A stretch of 64,000 nt of DNA from Azolla caroliniana (taxonomy: Eukaryota; Plantae; Polypodiophyta). The notes under the pieces were generated by a model. That model was given only the letters and a program-made list of their open reading frames with translations, searched no databases and was not told where the DNA came from. The stretch lies in contig JBHGNT010000017.1 in the NCBI GenBank assembly GCA_043228905.1, forward strand, positions 1,984,001 through 2,048,000. The letters run 5' to 3'. This document shows, one piece after another, positions 1 to 10,841 of this stretch (the first letter of the stretch is position 1; every line of letters starts with the position of its first letter). The position numbers and the translations under genes are program-made.

Positions 1-2605
1 CGGAGAGGTCAGGAACACGGTACGTTAGTACCACGGGAGGGGGTGTGGAGCGAGCCACCCTCTCGACTTGCGAAAGAAGGAAGACCCAGGATAAGGGTCA
101 GAGATACGACGAGCCTAAGGAGGATCCTTCACACCGGTTCCGGAGACTCCGGCGGTCGGCCCGAGAGCCGGTGTGAGACCAAGAGGGACGATCGGTGGCG
201 GCGAGGGGACGAAGGCAAAGAATTACATATGGGCGGTCCCACAAAGATCCTCACACCGATCTGGCTATCAGCCCGAGTGCCGGCGTGAGTCCTATAGGAG
301 AGGTCGGTGGCGGCAGGTGAACGTGACCATACGGCGAGCGGTGCTGCAGCGACCTTACACACACCGGTTCTAGAGACTCCGGCGGTCGGCCCGAGAGCCG
401 GCGTGAGTCCTATAGGAAAGGACGGTGGCGGCAGGTGAACGTGATCGGACAACGGACAATAGAGAAGGAGGGTATTAGGCCGGCGATGCGGCTACGGACC
501 ATCTCGGATCTTCCAGGAAGGTCAGTGGGCATAAGGAAGTCCGGTCCTACGGGATCCCCACACCGAACCAGAGACTCTGGCAGTTCGGCCAACGTGGCAA
601 CATGAGACCGAGAGAGAAGGTTGGTGGCGGCGGGAAACGGGACCCGGCTACGCGGAAGACACGAGGAGAGTCGCGAAGGACTCCAACAAAAGACACCCAA
701 ATTTCGGCAAGTAGAGAAACAGAGTCCGGTCCTATGGGACCCTCACACCGATCCGGAGACTCCAGCAGTTCGGCCAACGTGGCAACGTGAGACCTAGGGA
801 GAAGGACGGTGGCGGCAGGGAATGAGACCCGACGACACGAGATAGCGGATCGGGAGTCGGTAAGACGGGGGCGAACGAAGTGCGAAACCCTTACCGGCCA
901 GTTACGGTTCGGAAGGAGCCGGTAGGGGCAAACACGGGGAGGTGTGTCGGGTCGGAAAGGCACACCTGGGATGGAACAAGAGTCTCGCAAGTGGCCATCG
1001 CGGGCCGGATCGAAGCGTGACTACGGGACGGTGTTCGGCACGGGCGGTGCCGAACAAAGGAAGCGGAAGACGGCACAAGGGAGGTGCCGGGAACGAGGTG
1101 ACGAGTGCATAGTGGACTGCACATGGTCGGAGTCAGGGGATGACAAGGGAGTCCGGAGGAGGATCCTCCACACTCGCTTCGTAGATCTCAGCAGCTCAGT
1201 AAGAGTAGCGAAGACTGACACGGCAAGCCTGGGATGACAAGCTGGTGGGGGCGAGGGGACGACGGCAAGCTGAAGACTCAGGACCTGTTGCAGCAGCGCA
1301 AAACGAGAAGGGCCAAGTGGGCTACTACGGGGTGTTCCTCAGATGCGGATGACACTGGTATGCGGATGAGCGGCGATGCATGATTTGGCTGGGAAAGGGG
1401 CCGACAAGCCGTGCAATGAACCGAAGTGTGGCACAGGCAGTGCCAAACAACGGACGAGGGTATGCGGCACACGGAGGTGCCAGAGCGGAAAGGCGAGCGC
1501 GAAGATGGGTTGCGCGGTTCGGAGGTAGCGCGTAGAAGGCCAGAGAAGGATCCTCCACACCGTTCCGGAGACCATGGCGGTTCGAGCCGACGTGGCGACG
1601 TAAGACCATGGAGAAGGAAGGTGGCGGCGAGAGGATGAAGGCAACGCGAAACAACATGGGACGGCAATCAGGACAACACGAATGGTCGACGGAGGCCAAG
1701 CGGGCCACTACGGGCGTTCCTCAAGCGGAGGACATCGGGCATACGGCGGAGAGCAGGGCGTGCATACGACCGAACAAGGGCCAACGAAAGTACGCGTACT
1801 ACGGAGATCGCGGCGAAGGACCCATCGACGGGTCGAACGAGCCTACGGGGAGGTAAGCGTGAAGGAAGAACCGAAGTTGACGGTTCAAACTGGTAGCGAG
1901 CCGGGATGCGGATTACAGAAGACCGGTTTCTCACCGGCTGAAATCTCTCACCCTTCACTGGATTTGGCACGTACCGGTGGACGTGCGGTTTGGTGGGGGC
2001 GGATGTCGTGAAAAATTTCGGCTAGAGGCGGAAACCGGGAAATATTGGCTACATCGACGGGGTGCAGCATGTGCAATCACCCTTGTACATTTAGTGTGAA
2101 TAACGAGGGCACCTTTATGGCGCTGAAGAGTAGTCAAGTCGGGACAGAGAATCCCATGTAAGTCGGGATTTATCCCACATTGTGACGCGTCTCCCTCCTT
2201 GTTCTATAAAAGGAAGGGAGCGCCTCTTGTGAAGGGGTTGCCCATTTTGTGTTAGAGGGTATACCGTTAGATTTAGGGTTAGTTTCTTCTTTTCCTTCTT
2301 CTTCTTCTTCGCCGTGTGGGTTGAGGGTTCATGTCTGTTTAGGGTTGTTTCTGCTCGGTCTCCTGTGCAAGACCCCGCTTTGCGCGACGAGCTTGAGAGC
2401 TCCCCGGACGACGGCTTGGCAACAGACTGCTGTTGTAACCTACCCTACCTTGGTCTGGCTCGAAGCCGGGAATGTATTCTTCCCCCCCTGTCATATACAT
2501 ACTCGTATCTGTTTGTGCATATTGGTGTTTTTGGTGGTGTCGGGAGCACAACCCCTCTTGCTTCCTGTGCATAAGAGTCGGTGTCGCGCGCATGCTCTCC
2601 CTCTC

Positions 2606-2652
<47 letters not shown>

Positions 2653-2766
2653 TTCGGTTGCATCCGGGTCGTGTCCGGTGTCGGGTTTCTTGCCGTCCCT
2701 CTTCTCCCTCGTTCAAGACCCCCGTGGTCCCGCCCCTTCTACACGTACGCGCGTAACAACGCGACA
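1..2766 (+). mobile_element. 3' part of a non-autonomous Ty3/gypsy-clade element (repeat-rich internal region, PPT, 3' LTR); its 5' part lies outside the window
   Basis: PPT TGGTGGGGGCGGA (1991-2003) is followed by LTR TGTCGTG...ACGCGACA (2004-2766). The internal region is homologous to about 29350-30700 of the complete element at 26433-31539. No pol motifs are present. Confidence 0.85.
2004..2766 (+). repeat. 3' LTR (TGTCGT clade)
   Basis: TG...CA termini, TATA box (CTATAAAA near 2204) and a (CT)n tract. Similar to the LTRs at 20271-20980, 26433-27249 and 30710-31539. Confidence 0.9.
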
Positions 2767-4103
2767 CCGAAATACCTCACACATGACAAGGGCGATGGTT
2801 TCCTCGCTAGTGATGGCCTTAGTACACGGCACAAAATGTGCCATCTTTGTATATCGATCGACGATGGTTAAGATAGCATCGAACCCCTTCGAGACCGGCA
2901 GATCTGTGTTAAAATCAAGACAAATAGACTGTCACGGCTTACTTGGAATCGGTAAGGGTTCCAACAAGCCATATGGATGGTGTCGTGGCATCTTTGCTCG
3001 GTAACAAGCATCACAGGTCCGAACATAGTCGTCGACAAAACGGCGCATGTGGGGCCACCAAAAAAATCGTTGCACTAGCTCCAACGTCTTAGTACTAGCA
3101 AAATGTCCCACCGTATGGGTGTCGTGACAATTCTGGACGATTTGAAGGCGAAAGGAGCAATCGTGGACATATACGCGCTTTTTAAAGAATAACAAACCAT
3201 CATGATATTCGAATTGTCGGTAGTCAATACCTGGTTGTTGAGACCGAGAACAGGATGCCCGAGAAGTATCAATGTGCGCCAGGATGTCTTGAGCAAAACT
3301 ATCCGTCTTCAAGTTTGCACGTATGTCATCGGTAATCCGTGAATCCATCGGGGTGTGAAAAATCCACGTCGTGTGCAGTCGTGTTGGTCCCAAGATTACT
3401 TGCTTTTGATTATCAAATGCTGGATCACCAGGACGAGGTGCAAGATATGAATGTCGTGATAGTGCATCTGCTTTTCCTTGTTGCTTCCCCAGTCAATATG
3501 TGATTTTGAAGTCGAAACGCGTGAGGAATTGCGCCCACCGAGCTTGCCATCGATTTAGTACGCGAGCGTTCTGGAAATAAGCAAGATTTTTATGATCACT
3601 AAAGACAATGACCTGATGTGGAGAGCCCTCTAAGAAATGCCGCCATTGCACAAATTAATTCACGATGGCTAATAATTCCTTGTCATGTATTTCGTAGTTG
3701 ATTTCCGCGACATCGAATTTGAGCGAATGGAAAGCCACAGGATGCAACTCTTCTTTATCTCCTTGTTGAGAAAGGATGCTACCGAGGGCGAAATCTAATG
3801 CGTCGGCCTCCATGATGAATGGTTTGCTTGTATCCGCATGAGCTAGAATCGGTGCTGATGTAAAGGCTTTCTTAAGATGCCGAAAAGCCATATCTGCTTC
3901 AATGGACCAAAGAAATGCTTGTCCCTTCTTCGTAAGTTGTGTGAGAGGTAAAATAATCTTCGAGTAATCCTGTATAAACTTACGGTAGAAGTTAGCAAAA
4001 CCTAGAAAACATTGTACATCTCGTACCGACCGTGGAATTTGCCACTCTAGTACAGTTTGGACTTTAGCTGGATCCATGGCGATGCCCTTTGAGGAGATGA
4101 CGT
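2767..4103 (-). pseudogene. Tcn1-like pol fragment: end of RT, RNase H and integrase N-terminus
   Basis: The real part of ORF 3655-4731 (MDPAKVQTV...FLGFANFYRKFI...NYEIHDKELLAIV) and ORF 2932-3393 (HDT..GHF..WWPHMRRFVDDYVRTCDAC). Contains stops and frameshifts. Confidence 0.85.
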
Positions 4104-4348
4104 TGTCGTGAAGAAAACCGTCCCCTGGCGCAATCGGTGAATAGCGCACATGAACCGGCCCTTCACGTGTGCACGCTCTTAGTGTATATAATATAAGAAT
4201 TAGGTACAGAGAGAGATCCAGGGTAGTTAGATTCGGTAGGTAGGAAGTAAATGAGGGAGACGGCTCCCTTCTTGACGCTATAAAGGAGAGGGAGACGCAG
4301 GGAGAAGGGATCGCGCATTGAGGAGGACAAAGTGTTGTCGGACCGGAA

Positions 4349-5123
4349 ACGGATCGAGGCCGGTGAGTCCAGTGCCCGGGATAACCACAAGAAGGGCGGA
4401 TACCGGTTGGGCACGGAGATCGAAAGGACCACGGACCTGCGAAAGGTCCTGGAAGAACGAATCCTCGACAGCAAGGTGGAACTGTCATTGCGAGAGGTGC
4501 TCGGGATAGCCAAGAAGGAATTCCACGACTCCATCGTGGACTTGGTGAAGAGGAAGAGGCTGTCGACAGAGGCAGAACCGGAAAGGCTGGTGGAAGTGCG
4601 GACGACGCACATAGAGGACATGGCGCTGGAAGACGAGTGGGCAGAGAGCCACTATTCGAGGCCACACTGGGCCCGAGTGACCACGGAAACCCCGGTGAAG
4701 ATCGGAGATGTTCAGGAACCGGTGGTGGCACTGGTGGACCACGGTTCGGAAATAAACCTGATGTCCATGGACTTCTACAAAAAGGGGAAATGGCCGATCA
4801 ACACTAAGCACGGGTGGAAGATACGGGCAGCGACGCGAGCCACCGAGGAACTACACGGGGCCTGCCCAAACGTGCGAGTCAAGATCGGCGACGTCGAAAT
4901 AGACCAACACTTCTTTGTGCAGGAAACGTCCTCGCACCCGGTCATTCTAGGGGAACCGTACATTACGGCGGCACGAATGGAGACCAAGGTGCTGGACAAC
5001 AGGTCGGCTTACGCGAGGGTCAAAAGTCAGGACGGGCGTCATTCGGTCCAGTTCCTGACGGTGCGACCGAACCACGAGCGAAACCGCGAGTCCCTCGGTG
5101 GCGAGAACCAAGAGGAGTTTTAG
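4349..5123 (+). CDS. gag C-terminal region plus aspartic protease (ORF1 remnant)
   Basis: VVALVDHGSEINLMS...VILGEPY protease signature; collinear with the minus-strand ORF 35819-36622. Confidence 0.8.
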
Positions 5124-8100
5124 AGAGGGCTGCCAAGGCGTGGGGCCGCGACAGTCCGGACACTCCGGGAAAACCCCACAAATGTACGATAGAAGCGAAA
5201 CCGAAGAAACCTTGTACCATAAGTAGGAAGTTTTGTTTCTCCGACAACGGAGGGTGTACGATAGTTGGCGTCGTAGGCCGAGAAAAGACAAGAACGGAAA
5301 AGCGACTTCGGGCGTGCGGAGTTCTCGGGCCCAGCGAGGAAATCAACAGAGCCGTGGAGGCGGTCTCCTTCGACGATACCTTCGGAATACTACGAGAGGT
5401 GGTCGGAGAGGGCCTTAAAGAAGACCGGATGATACCGGTTTGTTCAGAAGAGATGTATGAAGTCATCGCGGATTTCAGTCGAGGGCTCGAGTCGGATCGA
5501 ACGGCCCGGGTTAACACGAAGTACAAAACTGTGGAGCGGAAGGTAAGGCTAGTCGCGGCACCCTTACCGGAGGGCAGCGAGTTACGAATCAAGGGGGTCG
5601 CGTCGGACCCCAGTTTACGAGATCCGGCCTGCATAGGGCACGCCTTCACCGACAGAACGCTACGGGAGCTCAAGGTCGGTGGGGGCGGGTTCCTACTGCC
5701 GGTGGAAGAAGACCGGTTTCGGAGAATGCTCGGAAGGCACGGGAAAGCCTTCGCATTCTCGCCGGGAGAGATCGGGTGCGTAGACCCGACAATCGTGAAG
5801 CCGATGGTGATATTCACGGTACTGCATGTGCCGTGGAATCTCAAACCAATTTCGGTACCGAGAGCTCACATCCCGGAGCTGATGGAGCTATTAAGGCAGA
5901 AAGTTGATATGGGCATCCTCGAACTGTCGAGTGCCCCATACTCGAACCGGTGGTTTACTGTACCGAAGAAGAACGGGGCATTGCGCTTCATTCAAGACCT
6001 GCAACCGGTCAACAGAGTGACCATTCGGAACGCAGGAATCGGACCAACGATAGACGAGTTCGCGGAGGCCTTTGCCGGAAGGTCGATCTACTCGGTCGGT
6101 GATCTGTACTCGGGATACGATCAGTTCCAGCTAGCCGTAGAAAGCAGAGACATTACGACGATGCGGACTCCTCTCGGCCTAGTGCGGATGTGTACCCTGC
6201 CACAGGGAGGGACGAACTCGGTGGCCCACATGGTGAATGCGATGAACAAGGTGCTGAGGGATTGTATCCCGGACATCACCATGCCATTCTTGGATGACAT
6301 CCCAATCAAGGGATGTCCGGTGGAGGAAAAGGACGAAACGATCGAACCGGACGGATGCCGGAAATTCGTGGCGACACACATTGACGACTGCGAGAGGGTG
6401 CTGCAGAGGCTAGAGGACGCGAGGCTCACCTTCTCCGGGGAAAAATCGGCCTTCGGGCAATCAGAGATCATGGTCGTCGGACATCTATGCGGACCGTATG
6501 ACCGGAAACCGTCTCCAGCAAAGGTGGAAGCCATCTCCGCAATGAAGCCCGACTGTAACTCGGTCACGGAAGTACGGAGGTTCTTGGGAGCATGCGCGTT
6601 CTACCACATATGGATCCCACATTACGCCCACGTTGCCAAGCCGCTGTACGGGTTGCTAAAAAAGGGGCGAAAATTCGAGTGGCGAGACAAGCATACGGAG
6701 ACAGTGTGAAAGATGAAGGAGGCTCTTGCTGCGGCTCCGACACTCCAGAAGGCTGTCTACGAGAAGGGCACTCTCGTCTACATAACGGTAGATACGAGTC
6801 CAACCGGGATCAGATGGGTCGTCAACCAAGAAGACGAGGATGACATCCGGTTCCCAATCTGGTTCGGCGCGAAGGTCCTCAACGAGCGACAGCGAGGATA
6901 CGCCCAGGTTAAATGCGAACTCTGGGGTATCGTTTCGGCGGTAAAGGCCGATAAAGACTATCTGATTGGGACAGAGGTGATTATCGAGACGGATTGCCTG
7001 CCGATCCTCGGCATGGTTTCCGGATGCGCAACCCCGGACCTGGCGATGCTCAGGTGGATAGCGTACATCAAGTCCCTGGATCCGGAAATACGACACATTT
7101 CGGGGAAAGACAATGCCATGGCCGACATGCTTTCGAGGACGCGATTCAACGACGAGGGCAGCATGGTTTCGGAGGACGAGGAAGTCGGCGTAGACTTCTT
7201 CGAGGCGGCTTACGTAACAACCGAAGGGGGGAGCACCCCGGCGCTTAACGATTTTAACAAGAGCAAGTACGACGGGGAGTGGCTGCAGATTGGGGGATTC
7301 TTAAGGACAATGATGCCGGACGCATCGTGGACAAGGGACGAGGCCAACCAGATCCGGAAGAAAGCGTACCGGTTCTTTCTCTGGGGCAGATACTTGTGGA
7401 AGCACCCGAAGAAGAGGAACGACATCCCGCTCCGAGTAGTGGCGACGAAGGAGGAACAAGAGGAATTGCTGAAGGCCTATCACGACAGCCCCTGGGCTGG
7501 GCACCGTGGGACGTGGGCCACGTTCGAGAAGCTGAAGGGGAAGTACTGGTGGCCGGGACTGTACCGGGACGTGCATCGGTTCGTGACAACTTGTGAGAGC
7601 TGTCAAGTGCACTCCATAGTCCGACATCGGGACGAGCTTCACCCCACATACCCTCCGGCCATCCACTTCAAATGGATGGTAGATTTGGTGACGATGCAGA
7701 TGGGCGTAGGACAGATGCGATATCTGGTGCTGGCCCAGGAGGACCTAACGAACCAGGTGGAAGGCTGAGCCCTGCAAAACAAAACGACCGCGGCCGTGTG
7801 TCGGTTCCTGATCGAGGACGTGATATGCCGGTACGGGTGCGTCGGAAAGATCGTGGCTGACTGCGGGGAGTTGGACACCGAAGAGGCCGAGGAGCTGTTC
7901 AACCGGTTGGGGGTCAAGCTCTCGCTCACCACAGCGTACAATCCGGAGGCAAACGGGAAGGTAGAGCGCGGGCACGGGCCAATCGTCAAAGCGCTAGTCC
8001 GGGCATGCGGAGTTGCGGAGACCAGGTCGGGATCTGGCCACGGCTGTTACCTTACGCCTTGTGGGCGGACCGGACAACGCACAGTTCGGTAACCGGGTTC

Positions 8101-8630
8101 ATGCCGTCAGAGCTCATGTTCGGACAGAAGCCGATCATGCCGATGGAACGGATGATCTCCTCTTGGGCGACAGTAGACTGGAGTAACAAAATGAGTCGGG
8201 AAGAACTGCTAGCGGCGCGTATACGGTAGCTCGAGCGGAGGCGAGAGGACGTGGAACGAGCGGCGGAGAGACTTCGGGCGGCGAGGATGAAGAACAAAGC
8301 CCGGTTCGACCGGACGCACCGGCTCCGACCAAAGAAAATCGAGGAAGGCGACTGGGTGCTAGTCTACGACAGCAGCCTCGACAACCAGCACCGAGCAACA
8401 CGGAAGTTCGCGAAGCGGTGGTTCGGGTCTTACGTGGTAACAAGCGCCAATGACAACGGGACGTATCACCTGGCGGAACTCGACGGTACAAGGATGGCGA
8501 TGCCGGTAGCAGGGAAGCGAGTGAAAGCGTTCAAGAAATGCCACGACGACGAACCGGATCTAAGAGGCCTGGACAACGAAGATGAGCAGTCCGAAACGGA
8601 GGGTGAACCGATGGACGAAGAAACGGAACC
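5120..8630 (+). pseudogene. pol (RT-RNase H-integrase) in the -1 frame relative to ORF1, with a few premature stops and a frameshift
   Basis: RT (DLYSGYDQF, TLPQGGTNS, PFLDD), RH (VDTSPTG, ETDCLP, NAMADMLS), IN (GHRGTWAT..C..C, TTAYNPEANGKVERG, KRWFGSY). Stops at 6709, 7768 and 8229. Confidence 0.9.
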
Positions 8631-8700
8631 CAGACCGGTTTTCTCCAACCAGAAGCCAATTTTGGCGCATACCGGTGGATGCGCGGTCAGGTGGGGCGGA

Positions 8701-9349
8701 TGTCGTGAAGAAAACCGTGCCCTGGCGCAATCGGTGAATAGCGCACATGAACCGGCCCTTCACGTGTGCGCGCTCTTAGTGTATATAATATAAGAATTAG
8801 GTACAGAGAGAGATCCGGGGTAGTTAGATTCGGTAGGTAGGAAGTAAATGAGGGAGACGGCTCCCTTCTTGACGCTATAAAGGAGAGGGAGACGCAGGGA
8901 GAAGGGATCGCGCATTGAGGAGGACGAAGTGTTGTCGGACCGGAACCGAACGCTTCTCCTCTATCTGTTCTCTGTTGCTCTTCTCTGCAAGTCTCGGGAG
9001 GCTCGCGCTGCTTCGAGGAACGCCCGTGTGCTTCCGGCAGCACCTCCATCCTATCCCCATTTCGTGCGCAGACGAATAGGCATCGGCATCTGTTCGCCGG
9101 CCTGTTCGGTTGTAGCTGCTCGCGCGTTCTGCTGTGTACTTGTTATTCGTTAATATACAAACACTTGTCTCTCCCTGTCTCTGTGTCCATTCGTGTCTTC
9201 TGTGTTGACGGCCCACGCCCCTGTGCTTCTTTGCTCATACGTGACCGGGCGTCTCTCTCCTTCTCTTTCCCCTTCTATCACCTGCTCTTCGGTTCAAGAC
9301 CTCGGTGGTCCCGCCTCGTTTCTCCACGCACGCGCGTAACAACGCGACA
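8701..9349 (+). repeat. 3' LTR of element 4104-9349
   Basis: TGTCGTG...ACGCGACA termini, preceded by the PPT. Confidence 0.9.
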
Positions 9350-9353
9350 ACGT

Positions 9354-10434
9354 AGCCTAGAAATTCCACTTGCTTGCAGTCAAAGCTACATTTTTCTAGC
9401 TTGGCATAAAGACCATTCTCGCGGAGTCGCTTAGTACATGAGAATTGTGCTCTTCTTGGGTCTTCAAATAAATCAATAGATCATCTAGATAGATCATCAA
9501 ACAGATATCCAAGAGGTCTCTAAATATATCATTTGCCATGTGTTGGAAGATTGCGGATGCATTGGTTAGACCGAACGGCATAATTGTATATTCGAAATGC
9601 ACATACCGCATGCGAAAGGCGGTCTTCCATTCATCTCCCGGTCGGATCCGCACGAGGTTATACGCTCCTCGTAGATCGATCTTTGTAAAAAACTTGGCAC
9701 CATTAACTCGCTCTAAAAGACTTGATATAAGAGGAAGTTCATACCTATTACGGATGGTGACTTTATTTAAGCCGCGGTAATCAACGACGAGACGAAGTAA
9801 GCCATCTTTCTTCTTGACAAAGAAGATGGGTGCACCGGCTTGCCAAGTTCTCCTCTATGTAGGCTCGAAGGACTTCTAACTTGGTGGGGGACAAGTTGTA
9901 AATGGGTCCCCATGGTGGCTCTGCTCCCGGTTGTAGATCGACGGGACAATCATAGGGATGATGATGAGGAAGAGTACTGGCTTTTACCTTGTCAAATACA
10001 TCAGCATAAGGATGATATTTCACCGGAAGTTGTACTAAGGATTCCTCCTTAATAGTGCTGGAAGGATGTACTGATATTGCAAATAGGAACATTGCCTCCT
10101 TATGTCCTTCTTCGCGTAATTGACGTAGTGAAATGGTCGAAACTCGATGAGTAGATTCTTGGGGCTGTCGATGTCGGACTTCTCTTGTTCTCCAATCTAT
10201 GTCTGGATTATGTAATTCAAACCAAGGTAATCCCAGGACAATGGGATGCTTTGGACTACTAATTATATCAAATGCTACTACACACACAAAACTACCTAGG
10301 ACAACTTGAATGGGTTCAGACTCTTCTACAATATTCCCGGAAGCAATGGGACGACCATCAATGACTACTACAGATGCGGGGCAAGGAAGTTTTCTTAAGG
10401 GTATCTGAGAAGCTTGGGCAAAATTTCGATCCAT
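9354..10434 (-). pseudogene. Tcn1-like pol fragment: protease C-terminal half and RT
   Basis: ORF 9781-10551 (VVIDGRPI..IVLGLPWFELHNPDIDW, YADVF..PPWGPIYNLS) and ORF 9396-9653 ([27 protein letters not shown]). Confidence 0.85.
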
Positions 10435-10439
10435 AAAAC

Positions 10440-10788
10440 TGTTAGGAAATAGGTCCCTCCGAATGGGAAGTGAGAAGACCCGGTGAGAACCGGATGACGA
10501 GTACCCAGCTACGGAAGACCCGGTGAGGACCGGATGATGAGTACCCGGCAACAGAAGACCTAGTGAGAACCGGATGAAGAGTACCCGGCAAGCGCTAGAT
10601 GATGTAGGCCCGGTGAGGAGTGCTCACCGGATGAAGGGACATATTCGTAAATATATTTTCTGAGAGTCCATCGGGCTATATTTGTAAATAGCCGAAAAGT
10701 CATATTAGTATAAATATGACTTAGGGCAAACTTAGTATGTAGAGTTGTTGTCATTCTTGTTGGTGCAAGACTGGAGTGCGTAACTGTG

Positions 10789-10841
<53 letters not shown>

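Larger units (their letters stand above)
4104..9349 (+). mobile_element. Ty3/gypsy retrotransposon (TGTCGT clade), 5'-deleted: the truncated 5' LTR is fused directly to the gag C-terminal region
   Basis: 4104-~4348 matches 8701-~8945. PPT GTGGGGCGGA at 8691-8700, 3' LTR 8701-9349, 4-bp TSD ACGT (4100-4103 / 9350-9353). Domain order PR-RT-RH-IN. Confidence 0.92.

Noticed and set aside
1-2003. Regularly recurring motif resembling a CRISPR array or repeat protein
   Set aside because: The units are degenerate with variable spacing, there are no cas genes and no consistent reading frame; it is the internal region of a non-autonomous LTR element.
2249-3004. ORFs with SLSLSL or ERERER runs (also near 10.8, 20.8, 32.9 and 57.8 kb)
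   Set aside because: Translations of (CT)n/(GA)n microsatellites in LTRs or UTRs.
3655-4731. 358-aa ORF as a novel fusion protein
   Set aside because: Chance read-through from the antisense LTR/gag of the nested element into the host RT-RH at the 4103/4104 junction.
4814-5119. N-terminal ~100 aa of the 631-aa ORF
   Set aside because: It overlaps the protease in another frame and is not conserved in the second element; pol more plausibly starts by frameshift at about 5120.
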